Source of the DNA: a bacterium
GTDB taxonomy: Bacteria > UBA8248
DNA length: 64,000 bases
Direction: 5' to 3'
Assembly: GCA_965199855.1 (NCBI GenBank)
Contig: OZ241326.1
Span: 2,112,001 to 2,176,000, forward strand
Part shown: one piece after another, positions 17,986 through 26,750 of the stretch
Layout of the letters: each line of letters begins with the position of its first letter
How positions within the stretch are numbered: position 1 is the first letter of the stretch
Program-made: the position numbers and the translations under genes
Notes under the pieces: generated by a model
What the model was told of the DNA's origin: nothing
What the model saw: only the letters and a program-made list of their open reading frames with translations
Database searches by the model: none

Positions 17986-18507
17986 CTAGAAATCCACCTT
18001 GTCCGCCTCGTCGGTCTCCGGGAAGGGGCCCTCCTTGATCTCGATGGCGCGGGTTCCCTCCTCCAGAAACTCGATGCGGTGTCCCTCATACATGAGAATC
18101 AGGTCGCCGGGGGCGAGCTCCACGTCGGCGGCGCGCTCGCCCTCTTTGGAATACACCCCGACGCGCATCCTGCCCGAGCGGCAGATCATGATCTGGTGGC
18201 GCGTCTCGTTCGAGGGCCGCTCGGTCACCCTGTGGTAGTGGGGATTCACCACCGCGCCCGGGTTCCTGTTCAGCATGACGATCTGGAGCGGGTTCTCGTC
18301 CGGCGTCATGTGCGCCTTCGTTCTCCGCTCGGTTTCCGGGTCGGCGCCGGAGTAGGCTTCCGCCAGATGGGCGCGCTCCGCCTCGGAATCCAGGTAGGGG
18401 GGAAAGGCCGCGTAGTCGTCAAAGCGGCTTCGGATGACCATCGCCAGCGTCCTGCCGTCCGCGGCGCGGGCGTATTCGACGCCGGCCGCCTCGATCTCTC
18501 GCGCCAT
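17986..18507 (-). CDS. Cupin-like hypothetical protein
   Basis: PHYH...HQIM...G.MRV, L.PGDLILM.EGH.IEF...EIKEGP. Confidence 0.65.
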   Translation of the reverse strand: MAREIEAAGVEYARAADGRTLAMVIRSRFDDYAAFPPYLDSEAERAHLAEAYSGADPETERRTKAHMTPDENPLQIVMLNRNPGAVVNPHYHRVTERPSNETRHQIMICRSGRMRVGVYSKEGERAADVELAPGDLILMYEGHRIEFLEEGTRAIEIKEGPFPETDEADKVDF

Positions 18508-18564
18508 CAGCGCATCTCCCCAAAAAATACGTTCGATGGATGAGGCGGAAGCGAGGGATTCTCC

Positions 18565-19362
18565 CTACAGCCCCAGCACCTCCGCCATGCCGTATATGCC
18601 GGGGGGGCGGCCCGCCGCCCAGCGCGCCGCGCGAACCGCCCCGGCCGCGAAATTGTCCCGGCTTCCCGCCCGGTGGGTGATCTCCACCCGCTCGCCCATG
18701 CCGAAGAAATAGGCCGTGTGCTCGCCCGGAACGTCGCCGCCGCGCAGCGTCTGCATCCCGATGACGCCGGGGGGGCGCTTTCCGGTCTGCCCCTCGCGGT
18801 GAAACACCGCGTCGCGCGGGTATTCGCGCCCCGTCGCCTCCGCGAGAATCTCCCCCATGCGCACCGCCGTTCCCGAGGGGGCGTCCACCTTCTGGCCGTG
18901 GTGGATCTCCATCACCTCGATGTCGTAGCCCGCGCCGAGCAGCCGCGCCGCTTCCTCCATCAGGCGAAAGACGACGTTCACCCCCACGCTCATGTTGGGG
19001 GCGAGGACGCAGGCGATTGCGCCGCCGAAGCCGGCGATTTCCTCCCGCTGCGCGCCGCTGAAGCCGGTGGTGCCCACGACGGCGGACATCCCCTTCTCCG
19101 TCGCCAGCCGGACGTGGGCGACGCTCGCCTCGGGAACCGCGAAGGAGACCAGCACGTCGCCCTCCAGCGCGGAGGGATCGGCGGTGAGGCCCACCCCCAG
19201 CTCCCCGACGCCGGCGCGCAGGCCCGCGTCCTCTCCCAGCGCCTCGAAATCCTCGCGCTCGAGCGCGCCCGAGAGGGCGATATCCTCCGAGGCGGCGATC
19301 TGGTGGATGACGCGCCCCCCCATCCGTCCGCCGGCGCCGGCCACGACGATGCGTATCGACAC
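18565..19362 (-). CDS. dapB: 4-hydroxy-tetrahydrodipicolinate reductase
   Basis: GAGGRMG, VGTTG, APNMSVG, EIHHGQKVDAPSGTA, LRGGDVPGEH. Confidence 0.95.
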   Translation of the reverse strand: MSIRIVVAGAGGRMGGRVIHQIAASEDIALSGALEREDFEALGEDAGLRAGVGELGVGLTADPSALEGDVLVSFAVPEASVAHVRLATEKGMSAVVGTTGFSGAQREEIAGFGGAIACVLAPNMSVGVNVVFRLMEEAARLLGAGYDIEVMEIHHGQKVDAPSGTAVRMGEILAEATGREYPRDAVFHREGQTGKRPPGVIGMQTLRGGDVPGEHTAYFFGMGERVEITHRAGSRDNFAAGAVRAARWAAGRPPGIYGMAEVLGL

Positions 19363-19525
19363 GAAATTTCTCCCTTCTCTCGCAAGGAAAAAGGCGAACC
19401 AGCTCTTCGTCGGAAAGCGCATTATACGCGCTTCGCCCCGGGGAAGGAACCCGCAGGCGTCACAAGGGGGAAAGAGGAAAGCGCCTGTTTCCGCGCCGTT
19501 TGTTTGATAGTATAAGGCGACCGCA

Positions 19526-20152
19526 ATGCTCTCGCTCGCCATACGGACATTGGGATGCGGCCTGTTGGAAGCCCCGCCTGACGAACGCGAAGAGTCCGCC
19601 TGGATCAAGCGCTGCCAGAACGGGGACAGGGACGCCTTCGAGCCTCTCGTCCGCCAAAACGCCGGAAAAATTCACCGCCTCGTATGGGGAATGCTCGGCG
19701 AGCGCAGAGAGGACGCCGACGACGTCGTTCAGGAGATATTCCTCAAAGCCTACCTCGCCCTGCCGAAATTCCGGGGAAACGCCCGGTTCTCCACCTGGCT
19801 CTACCGCATCGCCGTGAACCATTGCCGCGACCACCTGAAGCGCGGCGCGCCGTGGTCGGCCGGGCTCTCCGAGGAGCGGCTCGCCGGGGAGGCGGCGCCG
19901 GAGGACGAGGAGGGGCGGGAGGAGGCGCGGCGGGCGCGGGAGAGGCGCGCGAGCGAGGAGCTGCACCGGCTTCTGGCGCGCCTGCCGGAGAAGCATCGCC
20001 GCATTCTCGTGATGCGCGAGCTCGAGGGCATGAGCTACGAGGAGATTGGCGAGACGCTGCGCATCCGGCCCGGCACGGTGCGATCGAGGCTCAATCGCGC
20101 GCGGGCGGGCGTCCTGCGGGCGGCGGAGAGGGCGCGGGAGGAGGAGCGATGA
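19526..20152 (+). CDS. ECF (RpoE-like) sigma factor
   Basis: DADDVVQEIFLKAY, FSTWLYRIAVN, SYEEIGETL.IRPGTVRSRLNRAR. Confidence 0.92.
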   Translation: MLSLAIRTLGCGLLEAPPDEREESAWIKRCQNGDRDAFEPLVRQNAGKIHRLVWGMLGERREDADDVVQEIFLKAYLALPKFRGNARFSTWLYRIAVNHCRDHLKRGAPWSAGLSEERLAGEAAPEDEEGREEARRARERRASEELHRLLARLPEKHRRILVMRELEGMSYEEIGETLRIRPGTVRSRLNRARAGVLRAAERAREEER

Positions 20153-20622
20153 GCGCGTGGAAAAGGGCGGGCGAGAGGCGCCGGAGCGCCCGGAACTGGG
20201 ACGCGCCCGGGCGGGCGGACGCGGAGGTCTCCGGGGTCAGGGCGCTGTTCGAGGCGGCGCGCGAGGAGGCGCCCGCGCCCGACGCGGCGCTCTGGGAGAA
20301 GCTGCGCCCCCGCCTCGCCGCTCACGCGGCGCGGAGCCGGCGCCCCCTGCCCTTCATCTCCGCGCTGGCCGAGACGGGGCCCGGGCTCGCCGCGGCCGCC
20401 CTGGGAGTCCTGCTTCTCGCCGCGGGCCTTTACTGGAGCCAGAGCGTCGGGAAGGAGGCGCCCTCGCCGGCGCCTGCGGCGCGCCCGGCGGTTCGCCCGG
20501 GCAGCACCCTGGACCCTTTTCAGATGATCGGCGGCGGGCTTGAGGCGCGAACGGGCCAGGGGCTGCTCCGCCACATCGCCTACGACGCGCCGGAGGCGCC
20601 GGGTTTGAGGGCGAGACGATGA
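20149..20622 (+). CDS. Putative single-TM anti-sigma factor
   Basis: ATGA overlap with the ECF stop; one TM (LAAAALGVLLLAAGLYW). Confidence 0.6.
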   Translation: MSAWKRAGERRRSARNWDAPGRADAEVSGVRALFEAAREEAPAPDAALWEKLRPRLAAHAARSRRPLPFISALAETGPGLAAAALGVLLLAAGLYWSQSVGKEAPSPAPAARPAVRPGSTLDPFQMIGGGLEARTGQGLLRHIAYDAPEAPGLRARR

Positions 20623-21083
20623 AGATCTGGTTCACCAAAGAGTTCATGAAGGCGGCGGCCGCGCTCCTGGTCGTCTTCCTCGCCGGCGCGGGCGTCGGCT
20701 ACATGGGCGGGCGCAAGCACGCGGAATACGGGCTTCTGAAGCGCGGGGAGCCGCGCGCGCCGCGCGAGGCCCGCTCCCGCCCCGCCGGGCGCGAGAGGCG
20801 CTTCATGCGGATGCTCGCGCGGGATCTGAACCTGAACCCCGCGCAGGAGGCGAGCGTGAACCGCGCTCTCGATCACCACTACGAGCGCATCCGCGACATA
20901 CGGAACCGGATGCGGCCGCAGATCGTCTCCATCATGCGCGAGGTGCGCCGGGACGTGCGCTCCTTCCTGGACGGCGAGCAGAAGCTCTCCTTCGACCGCA
21001 TCGTCGAAGAATTCGAGAAGAGGCGCGAAAGAAGATGGAGAAAATTCAGAAGGCGCCATCCGGGCGCCCCGCCCGGTCCGTAG
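20619..21083 (+). CDS. Membrane-anchored periplasmic helical protein (Spy/CpxP or heavy-metal-sensor-like)
   Basis: N-terminal TM; LNLNPAQ and LDGEQ (LTxxQ-like) motifs. Confidence 0.65.
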   Translation: MKIWFTKEFMKAAAALLVVFLAGAGVGYMGGRKHAEYGLLKRGEPRAPREARSRPAGRERRFMRMLARDLNLNPAQEASVNRALDHHYERIRDIRNRMRPQIVSIMREVRRDVRSFLDGEQKLSFDRIVEEFEKRRERRWRKFRRRHPGAPPGP

Positions 21084-21165
21084 AAGAAGCGGGCGAATCC
21101 CGCAGCGACGGACGCGAAGCCGCCCGAAGCGAAGCCCAGCCGCCGCCAATCGGAGGAACCAGAAC

Positions 21166-21768
21166 ATGAAGATTCACGGAAAGCGCCACACGCTCCGCGC
21201 GGCCGCCGCGGCCGCCGTCCTCGGCCTCGGCCTCGCCGGCGCGCCCCCGGCCGCCGGGGAATCCCCGAGGGACGCCGCGCCCGGCTTCCCGCAAATCATC
21301 GAGAGCATGATGCGGGACGCCCACTTCGGGATGCGCCACGGCAAGGGGAGGCTCCACGGACGCCCCCCTCTGGCGGCGCGCCCGCTGGTCTCCATCGCGC
21401 TCAGAAACCATGAGGAGCTCCAGCTCACCGACGCCCAGGTGAAGCACCTCAAGGACATCCGGGACGCCTTCTCGAAAGAGGCGGTGAAGGCGGGCGCCGA
21501 AATGAAGGCCGGCCGAATCGACCTCCGCCGCGCCCTCGACGGCGAGAAGGTCGATTTCGCCGACGTGGAGAAGCGGATGCGCAAGCTCTCGGAGATGCGG
21601 GTGAATCTCCGGCTCGCGCGCCTCAAGGCGATTCAGGAGGGCAGGTCCGTCCTGAGCGAGGAGCAGCGGAAGCAGCTGGTGAAAATCGCCCGCAAGGGGC
21701 GCGGCCGCGCGATGAGGCGGATGATGCGCCACGAGGACGCGCCTTCGGGCCGCCCCCGGACCTACTAG
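21166..21768 (+). CDS. Spy/CpxP-family periplasmic protein
   Basis: Signal peptide; LQLTDAQ and VLSEEQ (LTxxQ) motifs; GGAGG RBS. Confidence 0.8.
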   Translation: MKIHGKRHTLRAAAAAAVLGLGLAGAPPAAGESPRDAAPGFPQIIESMMRDAHFGMRHGKGRLHGRPPLAARPLVSIALRNHEELQLTDAQVKHLKDIRDAFSKEAVKAGAEMKAGRIDLRRALDGEKVDFADVEKRMRKLSEMRVNLRLARLKAIQEGRSVLSEEQRKQLVKIARKGRGRAMRRMMRHEDAPSGRPRTY

Positions 21769-21850
21769 ACCTCCTGAACTTCTCCGGTCGCCCCGCGGCA
21801 AGGCTTTCGCGCCGCGGGCGCGGCCGGGGGCATCCTGATCGGAGCGGGCC

Positions 21851-22006
21851 ATGTGGATTCCGATGCGGGAGATATGCGCCGGCTACGACTTGCTCGACCT
21901 CGCCCTGACGGTCGGCATCCTGGCGGGCATGGGCGCGCTCTGCATTCTCCTCAGAAGACTCGGACGGGAAGATTCGCCGGACGCCGCCGAATCCGGAAGA
22001 CGCTGA
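21851..22006 (+). CDS. Small single-TM protein (51 aa; not in the ORF track)
   Basis: GGAG RBS; MWIPMREICAGYDLLDLALTVGILAGMGALCILLRRLGREDSPDAAESGRR; followed by a terminator. Confidence 0.45.
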   Translation: MWIPMREICAGYDLLDLALTVGILAGMGALCILLRRLGREDSPDAAESGRR

Positions 22007-22026
22007 GGGGCGCGGCGTTTGGACAT

Positions 22027-22067
22027 GAAAAGCCGGCGGGGGACGGACGCCTACCCGCCGGCTTTTC
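22027..22067. terminator. Intrinsic terminator (bidirectional-type)
   Basis: GAAAAGCCGGCGGG...CCCGCCGGCTTTTC. Confidence 0.75.
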
Positions 22068-22209
22068 GTCGCCGCGGCTCGATTCGCTTGATTTTTCCCT
22101 AATATATCATTGCCTTTCTTTTTGTTCCGGGAGTATATTTACGCGAGAAAGTGGTATTTTCAGGAAAAAGAACGCCAAATAAACCAGGAAGATTTTGAGC
22201 GTGGGCGCC

Positions 22210-22548
22210 ATGAACAACAAGGATAAACGCTACAAGATAACAACCACGGCGGCATCGGTGATAATAGCCGCGGCGGCCTTGCTCACTCTGTATTATACCG
22301 CCAAGAGCAATTTTTTGTCCGAGGTATCCGCCCAAATCGCTACCGTAAACGTCAAAATTTCCGAATCAGTCAAAAGGCTTGATTCGGCGGATCAAAGCGC
22401 GAAGGAGAAAACAAGGGATTTTGCGAAACATATCGACAGGCGCTTTGACGACATGCAAACAAGCATAAGAGAGTTGAGGGAAGATATAAGGAGCAACGGG
22501 GAAAAAATGGACGCTATCCTATTGAAGCTTTCAACCCTGCAAAAGTAA
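22210..22548 (+). CDS. Low-GC orphan: N-terminal TM plus coiled-coil
   Basis: About 46% GC in two lines counted; ASVIIAAAALLTLYY then heptad-like helix (IDRRFDDMQTSIRELREDIR). Confidence 0.6.
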   Translation: MNNKDKRYKITTTAASVIIAAAALLTLYYTAKSNFLSEVSAQIATVNVKISESVKRLDSADQSAKEKTRDFAKHIDRRFDDMQTSIRELREDIRSNGEKMDAILLKLSTLQK

Positions 22549-22654
22549 GAGTTCGCCGGAAGCCGCTCTCTCAATCATCCCTCTCCCCCTCATTCCAAGT
22601 GGAAAGTCGCCCGGCGGGGGCGGCTTCCGTTCCGTCAAGCCTCCGGCCCGAGGC

Positions 22655-23476
22655 TCAGAGCAGGGCCTCCTCCGTCAGCTCGCCCCGATAGACGAGCCTG
22701 GCCTCGCCTTCCATATAGACGTCGCGGACGTCCGCCCCCTCGCCCTCGAAATGGATTCGCAGCGTCTCCCCGCTTCGGACCCGCACGTCCACGGGGGCTT
22801 CGAGGAGGCCGCGCGCGCAGGCGAGCACGGCCGAGGCCACGGCGCCCGTGCCGCAGGCGAGGGTTTCGTTCTCCACCCCGCGCTCGTAGGTTCTCAGAAC
22901 GACGTCGCCGCCCTCGACCTGGGCGAAATTCGCGTTCGCCCCCGCGGGAGCGAAGGCGTCGTGCCCGCGAATCGCCCGGCCGTCGGCGGCGACGTCCACC
23001 GCCTCCGCGTCCTCCACGAACTCCACCGCGTGGGGGACGCCGGTGTTCAGATGGTCGACGATCGCCCGCCTTCCGTTGATCTCGAGCGCGACCTCCGGGC
23101 GGTAGTCGAAGGGCCGCGTCATCCGCAGCTTCACCCTCGATCCGCTCATCGTCGCGTCGATGACGCCCGCGACGGTCTCGAAGGACACCGCGTCCTCGGC
23201 GATGCCCAGCTCCCGCGCGAAGCGCGCGGCGCAGCGCCCGCCGTTTCCGCACATCTCGCCCTCGGAGCCGTCGGCGTTGAAGAAGCGCCACTTGAAGTCG
23301 GCGCGCTCGCTGGGCTCGATGAACATCAGCCCGTCCGCGCCCACGGACTGCCCCCGGCGGCAGACCTTGCGGACGAAGCCCGTCATCTCGTCGGCGCGGT
23401 GCCGCAGGTCCCTGTTGTCGATGAAGATGAAGTCGTTGCCGCTTCCGCTCAGCTTGGTGAATGGGATTTTGTTCAC
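22655..23476 (-). CDS. dapF: Diaminopimelate epimerase
   Basis: KLSGSGNDF, NADGSEGEMCGNGGRC, GVPH, ERGVE.ETLACGTG. Confidence 0.96.
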   Translation of the reverse strand: MNKIPFTKLSGSGNDFIFIDNRDLRHRADEMTGFVRKVCRRGQSVGADGLMFIEPSERADFKWRFFNADGSEGEMCGNGGRCAARFARELGIAEDAVSFETVAGVIDATMSGSRVKLRMTRPFDYRPEVALEINGRRAIVDHLNTGVPHAVEFVEDAEAVDVAADGRAIRGHDAFAPAGANANFAQVEGGDVVLRTYERGVENETLACGTGAVASAVLACARGLLEAPVDVRVRSGETLRIHFEGEGADVRDVYMEGEARLVYRGELTEEALL

Positions 23477-24750
23477 GGAATCCGCCTTTCCTCGAGAAAC
23501 GCCGGAATGCGCTCGCCGCGCACGAGGTCGTCATACGTCTCGCGCTCCCGGATGACGTGGTATTCGCTCCCGCGCACGAGAATCTCCGGCGGCCTGGGCC
23601 GGGAGTTGTAGTTCGACGCCATGGTGAACCCGTAGGCGCCCGCGCTCATCACGGCCACCAGATCGTCCCGGCGGAGCTCGGGCAGGCTCCTGTCCTTCGC
23701 CAGATAGTCCCCGCTCTCGCAGATGGGGCCGACCAGGTCCGTAACGCGCCTCGCCCGCTCCCGCGCCGCCTCCTCCACCGGCCACACGTCCTGGAACGCC
23801 TGATAGAGGCTGGGGCGGATGAGGTCGTTCATGCCCGCGTCGATGATCACGAAGCGCTTCTCGGGGTTCGCCTTCCCGTAGAGCACCCGGCTGACGAGAA
23901 TCCCCGCGTTTCCCGTAATGACGCGCCCCGGCTCGAAGATGAGCGTGCACCCCAGCCCCTCCAGCCGCGGCAGGATGGCCGCCGCGTAGTCCTTCGGCAG
24001 GGGCGGCGCCTCGTCGCTGTAGGTGATGCCCAGGCCGCCGCCCAGGTTCAGGTAGCGGATGTCGCGCCCGTCCTCCCGGAGCGCCTCCACCAGGCGCGCC
24101 ACGATATCCACCGCGTCGGCGAAGGGCGCGCTCGTGGTTATCTGGCTTCCGATGTGGCAGTGCACGCCCGTGGGCTCGACGCCCTCGAGCGCGGCGGCGG
24201 CGCGATACTGCTCGCGCGCGCGGCTGATGTCGATGCCGAACTTGCTCTTTTTGAGGCCGGTGGCGATGTAGGGATGCGTCTGCGGGTCCACGTCGGGGTT
24301 CACCCGGATGGCGACCTGCGCGCGCGCCCCCAGCCGGCGCGCCGCCGCGCCGATGTTCGCCAGCTCCTCCTCGCTCTCCACGTTGAAGAGCAGCACGCCC
24401 CGCTCGAGGGCGAAGGCGATCTCCTCGTCCGACTTGCCGACGCCGGCGAACACGACGCGCCCGGGCGGAACCCCCGCCTTGAGCGCGCGAAAGAGCTCGC
24501 CCCCCGACACGATGTCCAGCCCGCCGCCCATCGCGCCGAACAGCCGCAGTATCGCCAGGTTCGAGTTGCTCTTCATGGCGAAGCAGACGAGATGGGGAAC
24601 GGAGGAGAACGCCTCGTCGAACACCCGGAAGTGCCGCGAGAGCGTCTCGTGGCTGTAGGCGTAGAAAGGCGTGCCCACCTCCTCCGCCAGCCGCGCGAGG
24701 GGGACGTCCTCCGCGTACAACTCCCCGTTCCTGTATTCAAAGTGGCGCAT
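23473..24750 (-). CDS. lysA: Diaminopimelate decarboxylase
   Basis: FAMKSNSN, VSGGEL, HCHIGSQ, EPGR, GPICESGD, GAYG..MASNYN. Confidence 0.96.
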   Translation of the reverse strand: MRHFEYRNGELYAEDVPLARLAEEVGTPFYAYSHETLSRHFRVFDEAFSSVPHLVCFAMKSNSNLAILRLFGAMGGGLDIVSGGELFRALKAGVPPGRVVFAGVGKSDEEIAFALERGVLLFNVESEEELANIGAAARRLGARAQVAIRVNPDVDPQTHPYIATGLKKSKFGIDISRAREQYRAAAALEGVEPTGVHCHIGSQITTSAPFADAVDIVARLVEALREDGRDIRYLNLGGGLGITYSDEAPPLPKDYAAAILPRLEGLGCTLIFEPGRVITGNAGILVSRVLYGKANPEKRFVIIDAGMNDLIRPSLYQAFQDVWPVEEAARERARRVTDLVGPICESGDYLAKDRSLPELRRDDLVAVMSAGAYGFTMASNYNSRPRPPEILVRGSEYHVIRERETYDDLVRGERIPAFLEERRIP

Positions 24751-24794
24751 CCCTCACCTTCCTTTCCGAAACGCCCCCGCGAGGGGGGACGTCC

Positions 24795-24914
24795 TCACAA
24801 GCCCTTGATGATCGGCGTCTTCGGAGGCTTCGGCGGCCCCTTGACCCCGCAGCCGGCGATCGTCCACGCCGCGGCGATCAGCAGGACGCCCGCCAGCAGG
24901 ATTCTCCCCGTCAT
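24795..24914 (-). CDS. Small lipoprotein, LptM/YifL-like (39 aa)
   Basis: MTGRILLAGVLLIAAAWTIAG-CGVKGPPKPP: lipobox plus CGxKGP directly upstream of lysA. Confidence 0.7.
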   Translation of the reverse strand: MTGRILLAGVLLIAAAWTIAGCGVKGPPKPPKTPIIKGL

Positions 24915-25120
24915 CCCGCGGATCCTGCGGCCACCATGAAAATCCCCAGCGCCATCGCGCACATCCAGAAAAGAATCGCGCATACCCACAAAAAGACGAA
25001 AAACGGCCACAGCGCCACGTGGACGTAGAGCCACGGATCCGCCCAGGAGAACGCGACCGAGCCTCCCAGGTGATACAGGAGGCCGATCGCCAGGTAGATC
25101 AGGCTCCCCATCACGCCCAT
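24911..25120 (-). CDS. Small hydrophobic membrane protein
   Basis: GGAGG RBS; two hydrophobic segments; stop overlaps the next ATG (ATGA). Confidence 0.5.
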   Translation of the reverse strand: MGVMGSLIYLAIGLLYHLGGSVAFSWADPWLYVHVALWPFFVFLWVCAILFWMCAMALGIFMVAAGSAG

Positions 25121-25143
25121 TCGCAACCTCCGGCGGCGCCCGC

Positions 25144-26556
25144 CTAGGCACCCAGGCGCTTCCTCTCCGCCCGCAACTGCGCCAGAACGCTTCTGCGGGA
25201 GGCGCCGCCCGCACTGCTCCTCGCCCGCAGCGACTCATCGAGATGCGTCGCCGCCAGGTCTTCCGTCCGCAGGCGGGCGTCGGCGCGCCCCAGATCGGCG
25301 GCGTCCAGATCCTTCAGCGCGACCCCCTTCTCGATGGCGGCGCGCACCGCGCGCCCCGCCGCCTCGTGCGCCTGGCGGAAGGGGACGCCCCGCCGCACCA
25401 TGGCGTCGGCCAGGTCCGTCGCCGTCATGTAGCCGCCCTCGGCGGCGCGCGCCATCCTCTCCGGCTGAAAGCGCATGGCCCCGACCATGGGCGCCATGAC
25501 CTCCAGGGAGGCCAGCAGCGCGTCGGCGGCGTCGAAGAGGGGCTCCTTGTCCTCCTGAAGATCCCGGTTATACGAAAGCGGCAACCCCTTCATCAAGGCG
25601 AGCAGGGCGAGGAGGTCGCCGAAGACGCGCCCGCTCTTGCCGCGGACGATCTCGGCCGCGTCGGGGTTCTTCTTCTGCGGCATCAGGGAGCTGCCCGTGG
25701 CGAAGGCGTCCGGCAGCTCGACGAAGCCGAACTCCCCGCTCGCCCAGAGGACGATCTCCTCCCCCAGCCTGCTGAGGTGCATCATGGATATGGCGGCGGC
25801 CGAGGCGAAGTCCAGGGCGAAGTCGCGGTCGCTCACCGCGTCCATGCTGTTCTCGGCCACGGCGGCGAAGCCGAGCTTCCGCGCCGCGCCCCTCCTGTCT
25901 ATCGGGTGGCTCGTTCCCGCGAGCGCGCCCGCGCCCAGGGGCGAGACGTTGACGCGCGCGCGCGCCTGGGCGAAGCGCTCCGCGTCGCGCCGGAGCATCT
26001 GCGAATAGGCGAGCAGATGGTGCGCCAGGGACACCGGCTGGGCGCGCTGGAGGTGGGTGTAGCCGGGCATCACCGCGTCCACGTGCGCCTCCGCCTGCGC
26101 GAGCAGGGCGCGCCTGAGCGCGAGGAGGGCGGCCTGGGTCTCGTCTATCCGATCCCGGAGCCAGAGCCTGAGCGAGGTGGCCACCTGATCGTTGCGGCTG
26201 CGCGCCGTGTGCAGCCGCCCGCCGGCCTCGCCGACGCGCTCGACGAGCGCCGCCTCTACGTTCATGTGCACGTCCTCGAGCTCCGCCCGGAAGCGGAAGC
26301 GGCCCGCCTTCACCTCCCGCAGAATGGCCTTGAGGCCGGAGACGATTTTCCGGGCGTCCCCCTTCGGGATGACGCCCCGCGCCCCCAGCATCTCCGCGTG
26401 GGCGATGGAGCCGAGAACGTCGTGCGCCGCCAGCCTGCGGTCGAAGGAGACGCTCTGGGTGAACGCCTCGGCGCGCGCGTCGGTCTCTCCCTGAAACCTC
26501 CCGCCCCAGGGCTTTCGGGCCTTCGCCCGCCCTCGCCTCGCCTCGCGCTCCGGCAT
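25144..26556 (-). CDS. argH: Argininosuccinate lyase
   Basis: WGGRF, EDVH, HTARSRNDQV, MPGYTHLQ.AQP, TGSSLMPQKKNPD, YNRDLQEDK. Confidence 0.96.
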   Translation of the reverse strand: MPEREARRGRAKARKPWGGRFQGETDARAEAFTQSVSFDRRLAAHDVLGSIAHAEMLGARGVIPKGDARKIVSGLKAILREVKAGRFRFRAELEDVHMNVEAALVERVGEAGGRLHTARSRNDQVATSLRLWLRDRIDETQAALLALRRALLAQAEAHVDAVMPGYTHLQRAQPVSLAHHLLAYSQMLRRDAERFAQARARVNVSPLGAGALAGTSHPIDRRGAARKLGFAAVAENSMDAVSDRDFALDFASAAAISMMHLSRLGEEIVLWASGEFGFVELPDAFATGSSLMPQKKNPDAAEIVRGKSGRVFGDLLALLALMKGLPLSYNRDLQEDKEPLFDAADALLASLEVMAPMVGAMRFQPERMARAAEGGYMTATDLADAMVRRGVPFRQAHEAAGRAVRAAIEKGVALKDLDAADLGRADARLRTEDLAATHLDESLRARSSAGGASRRSVLAQLRAERKRLGA

Positions 26557-26713
26557 CTCGAACGCTCCTCCCCAGCCTTCCCCGCTCCCGTCCGGGGGAG
26601 CCGAAGGAAACTGCTTACACGATAGCGGGCGCGAAGGGCAACCGGGGAGACGAGGCCCGGCGGGAGGCGAGAGGGCGAAGCCGCCCCCACGCGCCCGCTT
26701 TCGCTCGCGGCCA

Positions 26714-26750
26714 AACGGCGCGGGACGCATATATGCGTGTCCCCTACGAA
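26714..26750. repeat. REP-like palindrome GACGCATATATGCGT(G)TC-CCCTAC
   Basis: Related copies at about 27456-27483, 33901-33933, 34346-34365 and 35201-35227. Confidence 0.7.
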
